A stretch of 57,675 nt of DNA, filler included, from Porpidia crustulata (GCA_964255105.1; 6 parts of 6 records of this genome joined end to end with filler, not necessarily neighbours in it), one strand, 5' to 3'; counted from the first letter of the whole stretch, positions 33,870 through 48,155 are shown. Program-made: numbers and translations. Notes: generated by a model not told the origin, from the sequence alone.

Positions 33870-35762
33870 CTAATAACCTGCGTGCTCAAATTGTGGCGGG
33901 AAAAATGCTTGGTCTAGGTTTGAAGCACATGCTTCTTTCCAACTACTGGGGGTAAATTTATCCGCGATAGCCTTGAATGCTTCCTAGAGAAGTTTAGTAT
34001 TAAGACTCTGGTGGTTATTAGTGATACTCACTAGGGTACAAAAGCTCTCATCACCCTTCAAATGGTTTCCTGATAGCCTACATCCAGGTATAACCATTGG
34101 ACGATCGTTATATATGATACGAACGTATTTACCCTGAAGCTGTTCCTTCTCGAGCGATGTGAGCTTATCGGTTGGCTTTCTATCAATGCTTTCTGGTGCT
34201 AAAACATCCCCTTTGGTTATACCAAAAAAGCCACCATGAGTGGTCTTCTTTCTAATTGATACACGTTCTTCTGTTTGAGAGACGCTGCTATCTCTAGCAC
34301 TCTCGCTGAATAGCTCCACAGCTATGTGGCTTGTGTATGGAGGCCATCTCTCTCCTTCGAAGGCACCCAAACTAGTTAGTAAGGCTGCTAAGGTAGTGTC
34401 ATGGCATCCACTCATAGCAAATTTTATGACTTTCTCCCCTCCTCTACCACCGCCTAGGTCACCATCTTCTCCTCCAATCTCCAGCATTCCGTCCTTTCCT
34501 CTCATCTCTACGCTGCCGACCATGCGAGACACAAGGTCTCCGACTAATGCGCCAATACCAACCTTACGGTACTCTTCGCTCTCTTTGTAGCCGGAGAACC
34601 ATTCTTCGACTCCGATCTTATCGATAATTTCTCGACCTTTGGGATCATAAAATTTTGAAGGTAACCGAGTCTCAGGCCCGTGGGCTAGCGTTGCGTTGAT
34701 AGTGTCCATTACCCCAGACAGGCGAGGATGAGAGTCTACAGCCAGTCGCTTAGATTCTTCGGGCATCCATCTAGCAACTAGAGAATTTAGATAGTCCATT
34801 TCTTTGGATTCGTTCCCTATGTCTAATCAGTGATGTGAATCACTCATATGTATAGAATTCATTGCTGGCTTGGTTTTAGCTCACATCGGTCGGCGGTTCT
34901 TTGCGCATACGCTCGACTGAGTTCACGGAATCTGGCACAATTACTGGCATTTGGAAACAATGTCTCGTCTACGTGGGTTCTTGTGATTATAGTGGGAGGT
35001 GGGAAGGTAGCTGTCCTTGCGGACAGCGGATACATTCCTGAGAAAGTCTGCTGGACTGATTCCAATGCCCGAGCCATAGGTGTAGCGCGCAAATAGATCA
35101 TGTCTGCATCTGCAATGATTTTTGGCATGAAGCCCAGTTGACTCACGTAAAGATGACGAAGGCGATATCCAAGCTCTGTTGTAGTCTCTCGACCTTTGTC
35201 GGTCAATTCCCCTAATTGACTACGACATTGATCAGTACATGAAGTGAACAAGATTGCACCGATCTGGGTTACCAGATCCCGTCAACTTCTCCGTGAGGAC
35301 CAGTTGAGAGGACAGGCGTATCGTTGTCGCCAAACGTTTCCAGTCGCCGGCGCCATTGAAGTTCACTCCAAGCCGACAAATCTGCCTTTATCATCATAAC
35401 GCTTGATAGTCGTTTTGCTGCACTGCAATATGGCCAATCTAACACCAAGTTCAGAAAGTGTCCCGATCCAAAAGAGACCGTTTCTGGACATACATGGAGG
35501 TAGACCTGCCTAGGTTTGCTGTTAATGTATGTGATAATAATATTTTGTTGAAGACGTTACATTCTGGAACCTGGCCGAGACAGGACTCCTTTCTCCTGTG
35601 TTCCCACTCAATCTTTTCCATCAAATATAATAAGTTTCTTCAGAGCCAACATGGCTTACCGTGTCGCAGTAAGACTTGCACTAGTTGAAGTTTCAGATTC
35701 GAAGGGTACAGCTGTGCAAGTTCATCGTTCGAGTAGGGTCCGCGTGGGACCCGAGACGTCAT
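33870..35762 (-). CDS. Histidine acid phosphatase (branch 2, ACP6-like), multi-exon
   Basis: LVQVLLRH|GERSP catalytic motif split by an intron, GELTDKGR, YLRATPMARALES, SGCHDTT, YVRIIYND. Last exon EAFKAIADKFTP...AGY*; includes a 16-nt micro-exon (AGLPP). Confidence 0.88.
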
Positions 35763-36038
35763 AACGTATAAACCGGAAATAATTCATTGACTGTAAGTAC
35801 GTGTATCGAGATAATCTCAATTGGGGCTTGGTGTGATTGTCTTGAAAAGAATTATTGGCCAATCACCACCAAGCATGTCAGTAAAGCACTAGTTAGAATT
35901 TTCGATACCGTACTCCGTAGTATTGCACAATTCGATGTCCCAATCCTTTGACCATCAACTTAAACCATTAGTGTTCCGTGGTCCGCGGGAGCATGCAGGA
36001 ACTACCAAGTAATCTGCATAGCTTGGAAGTAATCATTG

Positions 36039-38431
36039 ATGAACACCCCACACATATGCTTGCGATGCCGGACTCAGATCGCGCGCCAGAGCTCCAACTT
36101 GCGAAAAGCGAGCTTTGTCTCGCTTGGCAATCTTACGAACAACGGTGATGATGACGACGTGAACGCACGAGACACCCCTCAAAAGAGTCGTCTTGGTTAT
36201 GTGCCTCCATCAACTTCAGAATCTATTCCCCAGCGCCAACGACATCCCAAAGAGCAAAAGCCAACTAGTTCAGCAACAGACAATATCTTGGAGACTCTCT
36301 TTGCCTCACAAAAGAACAATCCACCTCCATCTTCAAATTCCCGATACTCTCGAAACCATGCAGACAAAGCTACCAGAAGCGCTACTTTCTCTTCTAGTCC
36401 AGAATTTCCCCTGCAAACTTTGGAGGAGAAATATTATACGAACAAAGCGCCTCTGAGCGAGGTATGGGAATATTATCTCGAAGCTGTCGGGGAAGGGTCA
36501 AGAGGTGGAATATCAAAGGAACAATATGTGCAGGTCCGCCGTGATAGGAGCGAAAAGCTACACCGGGATATCCTCCTGGACGCCTCCCGCAGCGAATCTG
36601 CAGATCAGGTGACTCCTTGGTATCCAACCCCATCGGAGGTCATCCAGGTGTACAGTAAACGTTGCCTAATGCGGTATTGGTGGGATCAATCTTTGTGGGG
36701 CCTACTTGGGAGTCTGATGGAGTTGAGATTTGGCACATTAACACAGGAGCACAAGCGAGAGTCCAGAAATAAAGCCTGCAAGCTAGTCGAAGAGATCTTG
36801 AATGTCTGGAAGCTTTTTTTCAACACGTATGGAAATTATGTGAGGACATCTGTGCACTATGATCTCCAAGATGATCCTGATCCAGAGGGCCGCGCATTCC
36901 GAGTATCTCGAACAACAATGTCTGGTATGTTCAAAGACTGGGAAGGCTTGCCCACTGGTGGTGACTTGGTCGCAGCCAGAGGTGCTCTCCCACATGACAC
37001 AGCAGACCGGTTACTCTATCTGCTACCACGTCATCCGAACAATAATCAAGTAGTCTCTATCTCGGCAGCCGCCATCATGACTGTTGATTGTCTTGAGTGG
37101 CTTTTTGACTTTGTACCAGCTGCGAAACCGATATTCGCAGCAGCAGAACCGTTCATTGATTTTGTTGCGTACCTTGGCCGCGAGAGTAAATCGCAACGTA
37201 TAGTCGCTACTAAATGCCTGTTGGAGGAAGGAGTACCTCCGACGAATGTGAAGAAAGCTTTGAATGGGTGGGGTCCCATCTCGAAGAGAGTCGCTGAGAA
37301 GTATCAACTGAAGTGGGTCGAAGAAGACAGAGCAGATATGAGTGAAATTGGGAACATGCCATCCACGGATGAACAGGGTCGCGAATCAGGTATCGCACTC
37401 AAGAGTCACGAAGTAGCATTAGCTCCCAGTGCCGATCCAACACCTGAAAATGGGGAGCTGAAGAAAAGCCAAGGTGTATTGCTATCAGTCGACCTTCATT
37501 ATGCAATGCATCGGTCTGATATGGGGCGCGTAGACAACCTCTGGCAGACGTTCCAGAGCAAAGAAGCAGATGGCAGTTTTCAAGGGAACTTACGGGAGGA
37601 GCTTTTCGCTCAATTTCTCTCCGCGTTCTTTGCACTTCGTCGCTCAGAGCGAGCAATTGAAGTCTGGAACCATATGGTCAAATCAGGTGACTACCCTACC
37701 CCAAAACACTGGCATGCCATGTTGATAGGATGCGCGAAAACGAAAGACGCTCTTTCCATGCAGCAAATATGGTTGAACATGCTCAACGCGGGAGTAGAAC
37801 CCGATCTGCCATTATGGACTGCTCGGATTAATGGCCTGATTACCTGCAGGAAATGGCAGCTTGGCCTACAAGCGATGGAAGAATTAGGAAGAGTGTGGAA
37901 GGTTGAAGCAACCAAGTCTCGAGAGCAGAAATCCCAAAACGACGCCTCCATCCCCTCTATAGTCCCTGTCAGTGCAGCCCTTCGAGGCCTGATCTCCATC
38001 GGCAAATTCGATATTGCCTATAACGTCCTCTCCTGGGCCAAATCCCACAACATCCCTCTCGATACCAAGACCTTTAACATCCTCCTTCGCCCCATCGTCC
38101 GCGCCTCCGACTCCACTCAAATCGATTTTCTTCTGTCGCAAATGCAAGCTCACTCATGCCAACCCGACGTCGCGACTTTCACGATCCTCCTCAACGGCCT
38201 CCTTAGCAACCCATCGTCCTCCTTCCACGCCAAATCCCCCTCGGACCAACAATCCGCCGTCTCCCAAATCCTCGTCGACATGGAAGCCGCTGGCCTGAAA
38301 GCCAACGCCTACACCTACGGCACCATACTCGACGCCCTCCTCAACGAGTCTTCCCAAAACATCCCCGCCGCCCGCGCGGTGCTCGACCACATGTCCGCCA
38401 ACAAAATCAAACCCTCCCCGCACGTCTACAC
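36039..38431 (+). CDS. Mitochondrial pentatricopeptide-repeat (PPR) protein; 3' end truncated
   Basis: N-terminal HICLRCR presequence-like motif; tandem PPR motifs (PTPKHWHAMLIGC, PDLPLWTARING, DTKTFNILL, QPDVATFTILLNG, KANAYTYGTILDALL, KPSPHVY). Confidence 0.88.
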
Positions 38432-38531
38432 NNNNNNNNNNNNNNNNNNNNNNNNNNNNNNNNNNNNNNNNNNNNTTAATTAATTAANNNNNNNNNNNNN
38501 NNNNNNNNNNNNNNNNNNNNNNNNNNNNNNN
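38432..38531. other. Artificial contig spacer
   Basis: N44-TTAATTAATTAA-N44. Confidence 0.98.
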
Positions 38532-38827
38532 CCTCAAGCATTACCCCACAAGAAGCCGGTCCCGGCACCTCCGCCTTCAAATCCTCCGACTTCGGCCTTA
38601 ACGAATCCGACCTCGCGGAACTGCAATCATCGTCCCCGTTCTCCTCCGACGACGAATCAGAGGACAGCGACAACCAGGATCCAATCGAATCGGAGCGGAA
38701 GCGCAGGAGGAAGAAGCAGGACCATCTGCGGCGGACGGCGGGGGAGCCGGTCAAGCCGGACGTGAAGGTACTGGGGGAGTTGAGGGAGGGATTCTTGGCG
38801 ATTCTGAGGGGCGTATTGGACGATTGA
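38532..38827 (+). CDS. 3' end of an unidentified gene (5' truncated)
   Basis: Open frame with GC-rich third codon positions from the contig edge: ...DFGLNESDLAEL...SDDESEDSD...RKRRRKK...VKPDVKVLGELREGFLAILRGVLDD*. Confidence 0.6.
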
Positions 38828-39848
38828 ATTTGTACCGTGTTTTGAGGCGAGAGGGGATGGTGACGGGGTAAATGGGAAGCTGGTAACCTGGTAGTTGGCT
38901 GTCAGAAGTTTGCGAAGTTCGGTAAGCTGGTATTCGCCTGTTTTCGGTAGGGAAAGTGATGGGGGGAAACATGAATCATGGGTTACGATGGTGACGTTGT
39001 GGGACTTTAGAATGAGAATGGGCGAGATGCATAGGGGTTAGGACAGGGCGGCATTGTCTCAGCATTGTTTTGCAAAACTTTAAATCTTCGAGAAGGGATT
39101 TCAATTAAGGGAGCGTGATCTATGTGTTGAGAGTCTGCCACGCTCACAAAGATTCCTGCCTTTGTCTTCCCCATGATATCAAGACCCAGGGAACACGCCT
39201 CTGAAAGTCCGAACACAGGAATTCTCACTCCCAGCATCGGGAGGAACGTGCCCTGCCTCGTATCCCACACAGTCCAGTCCCATCCCCTCGACCAAAAAGA
39301 ACCAGGAAACTTGTCCCGAGACTCAAAAAGCGAACATTCTCGATAACCCTTTATTCTCGAGACCCTTGCACCTGATCAAAAGATCAAGAATGTAGCATAC
39401 AGTGAAGACGAACAGCACATCGGGAAAACCCCCATCCAACGCTCGTGGGAGTCCATCCTAGCGAAAACAAGAGCGAGATAGAAAAAAAACACCAATACAT
39501 ATCCGCCTGCCCTTTGCCAAGAATATGCCCCCGTGCAGAAAATTGTCGAATCTTCGGAGTAAAAAAGCACCCATATGTGTGGACGCTGTCGCTGGAAAAA
39601 ACCGTCCGATAAAAGACATATATTAGAAGGAAAGAACGTCCCCTGATGAGGGAGTCTGGTATCTTTGTAAAGGAAAGTGGAGAGGACCGTGGCCGGTGGT
39701 ATTTATGGTACAGTTGTTGGGGAGGTAGGCCTTACGTTTGCAAAATGGGTTCGAGACGACTGGTGACAGCACTCGAACACAGTTTGATGAATCCGTCCGT
39801 AAGCAGCGAGACCCGAATAAAAGCGATTCGATGTGCGACAACCTTTGA

Positions 39849-42800
39849 TCAAGTCGGTGATGGTGACGAAGGATCCAGTCCCAACAGCATGGACCTTCCG
39901 CTGATATCAGCAGGTAAAACCGTGGGCGCCCTCGGGGAAGCGTCCATGTCTATCATCTTCACCTTCTCGCCAGCTTCCTTTGGGAATATTACCGGCGGTA
40001 CAATGGTTGCATGATGGTTTTCAGCGTCCTCGGGCTTCGTAGGCGTCATTGTCGGGGGTGCAAGACTATACTTGTGGGAAGAATCGTCAGGCCCCGACGT
40101 TACGCTACCACGGCTGTTTGTCCGCATCATTTCGGTGCCAAGTTTCGAGCCACGGGGTTTACCCTGCGGCGATCTGGCGCGGATCTGGACGTCACCGAGC
40201 TCGTCGTCTTCGTCATCGCCGGACTCACCACATTCATGACGATGTTTTTCGAGGTCTTCACGCTTGGCTTTGATAGCTTCGACTGAGCGCTGCTTTCGTG
40301 GAGTTCGTAAATCCAATGTTGGAGGGGCGGAATTCTGATGGATCAGATGTGGAAGCCCGGGGTGGAGGAAAGGCTTGATGATTGAAGGTTCTTCGGAGAT
40401 TCCAAGGGCGTTATCATGCCAATCGTCGGATGGCCTTCCGACGATGACAGACTGATCTTCGGTATTTGTCGAGTCGGTATCACCAAAGAAGCTGGAGCCA
40501 ATTGAATGCTCCCGACTTGTGGGTTTATATGATCCAGGGATACGCGTGAATGGGCCTGAAGATTGTGAGCTTGGGCTATCTTCAGTGTGCCGAGATTCCT
40601 GTCGAAGCCCCGAAGGCATGTTTTGTGTTTGATGCGGGATCCAACCTGGTGGTGGGGGTTTCCATTGGCAAAGATTACATAAGGCTTCGCTGAGCTTCTC
40701 CAATGTTGGCGGTTTCTCGATTAGGGAATCAAAATGATGTGTCTGTGGCAGTTCCTTCAAGTAACCGGTGACGCAGATTATCGGTGTTTGAGTGTTTGAA
40801 CTTTTGGTATCCCGGATCATTCGAGCCACATCGGCGCCATTGATTTGTGGAAGCTTATATTCCATCAAGATCACATCGAATTGCACCTCACTCATTGCAT
40901 ATCTTGCCGCTTCTGGCCCATTGACAACTGCGATAGTGCGGCACCGAAGCTTCTCCAGCAATCTCTCCATGACCAGCCGAGAAACTGGGTTATCTTCGCA
41001 GATCAAAACATCTAAAGGCCGAAACGTAGGCCCATCGCTTACCATGATTTGAGACATACGCCTCGAGCTCTGCCTTCTTCGCTGGACGCGAAGAAGAGCT
41101 TTGGCACGAGGATCTTCGTTATCTGACGAGGAAGGTGATACGTCGAACACTTGGCTCCTCCGCTTGTAGTGCGAATAGGGCTTGGTCGGAGCAGGTAGGT
41201 TATCTTCTTGAGAGCCGACTGTCTGTGATCTTGCCCGAGATGCAGGCATGCTAAGTGGGCGCTGCATCAGCGAACTTTTCTCCGGTGACATAACCTGCAT
41301 ATTAACAGGCATTCGGCCTGTCTTAATTGGAGAGGATGTCGTGGGTGGAGCTGAAGCTCCTGTAGCCAGTTTGGGTACATCAAAAAAGCTGCCCGGCTGT
41401 AGTGACCCACTTGATTGATGCGATAGCGACGATGAATTACTGGACGTCTTCCTTCTCTCGTGAGTTTGACCTGTGGAAAACGACACAAGTAACGGGGACG
41501 ATGGTTGCGAAATCCTATTTGGAGAAGCGTTAGTTTGGCTTAAGTTTGACGGTGAGGCAGGCCTATTGTTTCCTCTGTTCGCCGACAGCGCTCGTTTGAG
41601 TGGCATCGGTAAGAGAGGGCTTCCTTCTAGTGAAGGCCCTGGTGAGCCGGATCCTGGAGACTGGCCTGGCACAGACACTTTTGTCTGCTTTTGCGCTGCC
41701 TCGGCACGTAGTTTCTGGAGAACATCCTTATTCGCCTGGTCGAGGACAGAAATGTTTTTGTAAGTAAAAGTACCAAAACTGTCGGCTGCAACAGGCTCGC
41801 TAAGCCTTCGGCTGCGGCCATCACGAACATGAGCCGGTATGTGAAGTGGCATCAGCCCACGCTTCATAGAATTGACTTGGTTCCTGACGCGAGAAAGAGC
41901 ATCATGAGGTCTGTCTGGATAATCTGCCCCCGGTGTTTCCGCAGGAGATGAAGCTTGATCCTCCAACTCTTCTGCAAACGCTTTTAGACTAGCACCCCTA
42001 GGATCGAAATACTCCGTATCCTCGGGGTGCCCAGGCGCTGGTACGAATTGGGCTGTGTCTTCAAGTAAAGTCTCCCAGACAATGCCACTGAACCAGGGAT
42101 GCCTGCGGATCTCCTCGCCACCTGATGTGTGTTGTTCAGACATGTTGGCACCAAGCCGTGCCTTCGGATTGACAGCCATGAGTTTCTCCATAATATCCTT
42201 CGCTTCCGCAGAGACGACGGTCTCGTCATCCGGGGGCCAATCGATCTTCCGTCCTAGGATATTCTCAAAGACTCTTTCGGGGCATTCTCCGTGGAATGGT
42301 GGGTAGCCAAAAACAAACTCAAAAAGTATACATCCCAAAGACCACCAATCGCTCATCTCATCCTGTCCAAGCCCGTTGATCGTTTCTGGCGCCAAATAGT
42401 CCGGTGTTCCGACGAATCGCCTGTTCTGATCTTCAGGGTCAAACAAAGCCATGGGTGGTGGTAGCATGCCAGACAGAGGCGGAGAATTTTGTAGACCCAT
42501 GCTAGTGTTGCTAATTGCCGGCTGCAAGCTATACGGATCCGGAGATTCGCCACCTTCGCCTTGGGATTCGCTACCTTTTTCCTCTTCAATTGAGGCTCCT
42601 CTGGGTCCCGTGTCTTCCTTGAGGGAGAAGTTCCTAAACATAGCATGGAAACTATCGCTATTCCCACTGTCACTTCGGTATCCCGACTTGCGCCTTGAAT
42701 GTTCTCGCCCCAGGCCATTGTCGCGGTTCAGATTAAAGTAAGATGGCTGACCTAGTGAGCCGGCAAGGTCTGGAGTCATGACTGGAGTTGAAGTTGGAGA

Positions 42801-45604
42801 GTGAGTGCCTTGGAAATCAAAGGAGGCCGATCTTGACGAGGTCATCGACGCCGTGCGAGCAAATGGACCGTGCTTAAAAAGATCTGGAGTAGGTTCGTTA
42901 GGGCTCTTGAGATGCCGCTTCTGACGTCCAATGAGACCCATTCGGGATAGACCAAAGTCAGTAAGCTTAAGATGGCCTTTCTGATCGATGAGAAGATTAT
43001 CCGGCTTTAAGTCTCGGTGGACAATGCCCCGGCTATGCAAATGCTCGACTCCAAGTACCACCTCTGCAAGGTATTTCTTTGCCCAATCTTCAGAAAGTCC
43101 TCCTAACACCTTGATCAAAGAAGCGCAGTCGCCCCCATTTAGGTACTCCATAACTAAGTAAAGGTAATCTTTGCTCGAAAATGTCCAGTAAAGCTTAGCA
43201 ACAAATTCACTTTCACCCTGCCACATCATTATGGCCCTTTCAGCCTTCACATTTGTGACCTGATTCTTGGCAACCATGTCTGCTTTCTTCAATACCTTTA
43301 TGGCAAAGTAATCTCCAGTAGATTTCTTCTTTGACAGGTATACACTGCCGAATGCACCTTTACTTATGGGCTTGATAATTTCGAAGTCTTTGATGGAGGT
43401 CGGCACAGCCCTGGCCTGTGGATGACTGAGAGACGCGAGCCGTGGAGAAATTGGAGGCCGTGTAAGGTCGAGGTTTGAAGATGCTGCTGAGGATTCTCGA
43501 CGATGTCTTGGAGCTCCTATAACAGGCGACGAGTACTCTGTATTGGACATAGAGGGTGAAGTTACAGGCGATGGAAATGAATCGTGGCCGCTAGGTATTC
43601 GCGGTTTTGAAATCTTCAAGGGGGAAGATGGTGGGTTCATTCTTGCTGGTGACGTCTGGCGGTGGGGAGAAGGAAAGCTTGGAAGTTTGAGACTTCTCCG
43701 CTTTCGATCACGAGAGCTTGCAGATCTTCCTAAGGCACGATCTGAACTTGGCGAATCAGTTCGCAAAGCTCCAGGGAAGGCTGATGGAGGAAGATTGGAG
43801 TCGCTGTCTCCGGCATCACTTCCAGCGTAGATAGAGCCACGTTTACTTATAGAGTGAGATCGGCTCAGGTACGCAAGGCTATGAGTGTGAGACCGAGGCG
43901 TCGGACATTCCATAGGACTGTTTGACCTTGATGACGGTGCAATGGACGATGCCCTCCTCTCCGAACGCGATGCTAGCGACGCATCTGAAGCATTGCGCAA
44001 GGCTGAAACCATTGCTGGGGGCCCATCATAGGCTCCCATGAACATTGTGTGATCTTCTGCAGCAGGTGTTTCCGCTTCAGCGTCGCCCTCATCCTCCTCT
44101 TCACTGGAATCGCTCAGCTGTCCTGCTGCAACGCTCGCAGCCTTCTGCATCGCCGCGTCTATACATTCCATGACAAGCGTGTCATACTCAACGCGGATAC
44201 GCTCGGAGTACTCGATAATCCCTCTATGACGGCGAACAGCATCCACTTTTGCTCGAGCTGCGACTTCCGTGTCTGTGTTGAGAGCCGCGAGGCCTGGTTC
44301 TTGATCTAGGGTATTGACGCCTGGTGTTTGCCAACCCAATACTTGTGATATACGAGATTCTGACTGTGGTGAATGGGTCCTGAACTCCGTATCGCTTACG
44401 GATTTGCTCTCCTTGATTGCGGGCGTGCTAATTTCAATCGCAGTATCGCAAAGATCAAGCACCAACTCGACGATCTTATATGCAGGACGACGTGGGGCAA
44501 ACGACCTGGATCGAACATGGCCCAGTCCATTGGCTGGCCGCTCCCGGGACTGAGACGGAGTTGCTGGTGACAGTCTCCCTGAGTCTGAGCCCGGTGAAGG
44601 AGTCGATGATGAGCTAATCGGTAGTCCTTTATACTCAGCTAGAGGGACTGGAGATCCCGAGATCTCACCTGAGGTCGGACGACCTTTGCGTGCTTCAAGT
44701 GCATCTAGAACCTTGACAATTGCGCTCCGATGTTCTATAAGGCCTTCTTGTGCAAACTGGACCTCCATCTCTGCTCGGTATTCCTGGAGGCAAACCTCGG
44801 AGTGCTTTTCAAACCACCAAGGTGTAATCTGACGTTCGCAGATACGGCACAAAACCGGTAAAGGGGGCGGATGATTAGCAGGGTCGTTGCTCCCGACTTC
44901 TGCTAACGCTGTCAGGTATTGTGCAAGCATCTCAGCTCCTACGCCGAGAGATTCGACCAACACTTCTGGTAAGTCGATTGTTACTTCTCTCGGCTGTGCC
45001 GAAGGACGAACCATCCACATTGTCTATATTTTCATTAGTGAAGCCTCAATGATCTTGCCCTAGTGATACGTACGTGACTCTCACCACCGGACGACCGATC
45101 GTAAACCATGATACCCTGACCCTCAAGATTCAATGTCTCCCCTTCTTGAGCAGCGACATCTTCTGTAGCTGGATTATGCCCTTCAGTATTGTCTTCAGCC
45201 TGAATAGTTTCTTGCCTCAGTACCGAAAAGGGACCCATTCGTACACGGAAGCGAACAATCTGGCTCCTTGAATCATCCTTCTTCATAGACTCGACGGCAT
45301 TGTTGAAGGCATCCGTGTTCGATAGCAATAAGTCCGTGATGGGTACACCTTTGACCGTCTCCGCAGGCGTTCCGACAACTTCCTTCCATGACGGGCTAAC
45401 CCAACGTACAATTCCATCTAGACCTAGGTCGAGTATAACATTTAAAGATTGTTCCGCAGCTTCTTTCAAATCCTCACGTTCGGCTCGGATGTCCGAACTG
45501 ACAGTCCTTTCCATAGGTACTCGAGCCCCTGCATCTTCTTGACGTATTGCAGTCACTGCTGGAGGAGCGAGGAAGTGCTGAGCTGCACTTTCTTTACTTG
45601 ACAT
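39849..45604 (-). CDS. RIM15: Rim15/Cek1 (Greatwall-type) Ser/Thr kinase with PAS, zinc finger, split kinase and receiver domains
   Basis: PAS exon, intron about 45024-45073, LCRICER...HSEVC, SIKDFEIIKPISKGAFGSVY, HRDLKPDN, DFG, FVGTPDYLAPE, receiver LDVLICEDNPVS. Confidence 0.95.
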
Positions 45605-46682
45605 TTTGCCGATCTGTCGTTTGTCGAAAGGCCTGTTGCCCTGTTCGCCCCGAAGGGCTATGTTGTCCCTGCACCAAGATGCGCTACATCAGCAGTCCCA
45701 GGCGAAAGACATTATTATGCAGAAGGCTCACGAGAATCTACTGGTATGGCGGCGTTGTTATTGTTAGAATTCAGAGAAAAAAGAATTTCTTTGAGACTGG
45801 GGGCATGTGCTTCAAAGAGTCAAGACTCTGACCGCCAATCGATCAGCCCTACTGTCCGTACATGGTAGCTAGCCAACAGCTCTGTTGATGTAGCGGATTG
45901 TCGTTCACTGTTCAATTTGTCGTAGGATTATCACCAAAAAGACAGGATTTCTAGACGGTGGAGGGGCACTCTAAGTTGCGGATCAGTCACCAAATTCCCG
46001 CTTGTTCGAAACAAAAAAACACGTGAGTGTGTCACCCAATTAAATTTAATCAAGCCACGGATTATAGTATACAAGTAAACTATGACGAGGCAGCAGACGT
46101 CGACAAACCCTTCAGCAATAAGAACCAATACTTATTCAGAAGGAAGAAATCAGACACATTGGAGCACAAAATCCTTCGCCGCTTCAGTAATGCATCAACC
46201 AGTCTGTCACCCTTTGCCAACGCACGAAACACATCGCGGTCAAGCGACGACTCACCCCATAAAGACCCAACAATCACGACGAAGGAAGAGGACATCACGA
46301 GTATACCAGAAACACAAAATGTTCCCAAGCTCGGAAGGAATCGACATGCTGCCACGACGTGCCGTGGCCCCTAACCTGACACTACTGCAGTTGGGTCTTG
46401 GGATCTATGTGGGGTAAGCATAGCTGCTGGGGAGTCACAAGTATTGGAAGGAAATTGCCGGAGTTTGATGTTGATAAGATCGCCATTTCACAATTGGATG
46501 AAAGAGTGACCCTGCGTGCTGAAGCTGACAGTGACAGGCCGGATGGCTTTTCAAAGATGCCGGTACTGATAGAACACAGTAGTATGAAAGCTCGCCAAAG
46601 TGATGATTCGGCCATCAGTCACACAGAGCATTGAACTCATCCCATGTCAAAAAATCGGAGAGATTTTCCTGTAGAGTTACGA

Positions 46683-47801
46683 TTATTTTGTAGGTCCACC
46701 CTGCTCGTCTTTGTCCTTAAACCACTGGACAGTCCTTCGCACCCCTTCCTCTACTCCGACCTGTGGCTTATAACCGAGGATGTTCTTGGCCTTATCAACG
46801 TTGTAATACCGCGTCAGACTACTGTAGACAACCTTCTTCCTGGTCAAATTAGGTACCCGTCCTCCAGCAAACCAGTAAAGCCATTCGAGAAGCCAGACGA
46901 GAATCAACCCGAAATCCGTCTCTATCACCCACACCTGCGACGGTTGCGTCTTATCTCCTGCTTTCGCCCATACTGATCGGACAAAGTCCCAGAAGTATAC
47001 AGGTTCGTCATTCGTTATGAAAAACGCCTCGCCATCCACCCTCTCGTGATCTAGTGGTTGTGTGCTTAAAACGTGCGTGCTCATCAATGCAACTGCAGCA
47101 AGCGCGTGCGCGTGGGCCACGTTTCGGACGTACGTGAAATCGAAGAGGTTGTCATTTGAGCCTAGCTGAAACTTTGTTTGTCCTTTTTCATATGCCTTGA
47201 GAAGATTTGGCGTGATGCCTGTATCTCCTTCGCCAAAAATTGCAGCAGGTCGCAACGCGACAGTAAGCATGTTACCGTATTCTCGGTTGGCCGCCAGGAC
47301 AATACACTCAGCTATGCCTTTTGTTTCTGCGTAGTACTCCTGCTGTTTTGGGGATCGAAGGATAGGCCAGCGTTCGTCGGCGTTAATCAGATCGCTCACG
47401 TTATCATGGATGACTGAAGCGCTCGAAGTATAAACGAAAGCTTTGACACAGCCAGCCTCCCCAGCGCGTTCGACCAGATTCCTCGTGCCATCGATATTGA
47501 CTTTCTTGTATAGCGCTCTGAGAGCCTTCGTAGTATTCTCAGCCGAGGGAGGTGAAGCAGTATGAATAATTATAGCTGGTTTGGTCTTTTCCAGGATGGA
47601 CTTGACATCAGCTTCGGAGGCGATGTCGCCCTCATAGTAGTTGACAGAGGGCAATCGGTTCTTCGTCGTGCGGAGATCTAGAACCGAAATTTGGGCGGAA
47701 TAGGATTCAAGGAGATGTGATACTATGTGATAACCCAGAAAACCACAACCACCAATGACAAGAACAGAGCCAAGGGATTTCGATGACTTCTCAGATGTCA
47801 T
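46683..47801 (-). CDS. ERG26: C-3 sterol dehydrogenase (sterol-4-alpha-carboxylate 3-dehydrogenase)
   Basis: VLVIGGCGFLG, IHTASP, FVYTSSASV, YAETK, LRPAAIFGEGD, FDFTYVRNVAHAH, GEAFFITNDEPVYFWDF; intronless. Confidence 0.93.
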   Translation of the reverse strand: MTSEKSSKSLGSVLVIGGCGFLGYHIVSHLLESYSAQISVLDLRTTKNRLPSVNYYEGDIASEADVKSILEKTKPAIIIHTASPPSAENTTKALRALYKKVNIDGTRNLVERAGEAGCVKAFVYTSSASVIHDNVSDLINADERWPILRSPKQQEYYAETKGIAECIVLAANREYGNMLTVALRPAAIFGEGDTGITPNLLKAYEKGQTKFQLGSNDNLFDFTYVRNVAHAHALAAVALMSTHVLSTQPLDHERVDGEAFFITNDEPVYFWDFVRSVWAKAGDKTQPSQVWVIETDFGLILVWLLEWLYWFAGGRVPNLTRKKVVYSSLTRYYNVDKAKNILGYKPQVGVEEGVRRTVQWFKDKDEQGGPTK

Positions 47802-47947
47802 GATCCGGAGAAAATTAAAGCGTACTGAGTGGTGGAGACGGTAGCAACCTTGAGATCTATAAGTACTTGCGCGTCGCGTAGAAGCAAAAGTTGGGACTTA
47901 GTTCGGCCTCTCTCGGTACTTTGATCACCCGGTAGAGTAAATATCTC

Positions 47948-47959
47948 AGGGTTAGGGTT
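47948..47959. promoter_or_regulatory. Telobox-like motif upstream of ERG26
   Basis: AGGGTTAGGGTT about 150 bp upstream of the ERG26 ATG. Confidence 0.35.
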
Positions 47960-48055
47960 CATGATACTTCCAGTCCTGGGGCACGACTCTAACGTAGTCT
48001 ACCCTCAAACGAGACAGCGCCCACCCCGAAATACAATCCAAGTACGAAATATCAA

Positions 48056-48155
48056 NNNNNNNNNNNNNNNNNNNNNNNNNNNNNNNNNNNNNNNNNNNNT
48101 TAATTAATTAANNNNNNNNNNNNNNNNNNNNNNNNNNNNNNNNNNNNNNNNNNNN
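48056..48155. other. Artificial contig spacer
   Basis: N44-TTAATTAATTAA-N44. Confidence 0.98.

Noticed and set aside
45931..46634. Short ORFs between RIM15 and ERG26
   Set aside because: Low-complexity, overlapping and without motifs; probably UTR or promoter sequence.
9537..48155. TTAATTAATTAA recurring with a period of about 9.63 kb as a biological repeat
   Set aside because: Always embedded in N44 blocks; it is an assembly linker with stops in all six frames.
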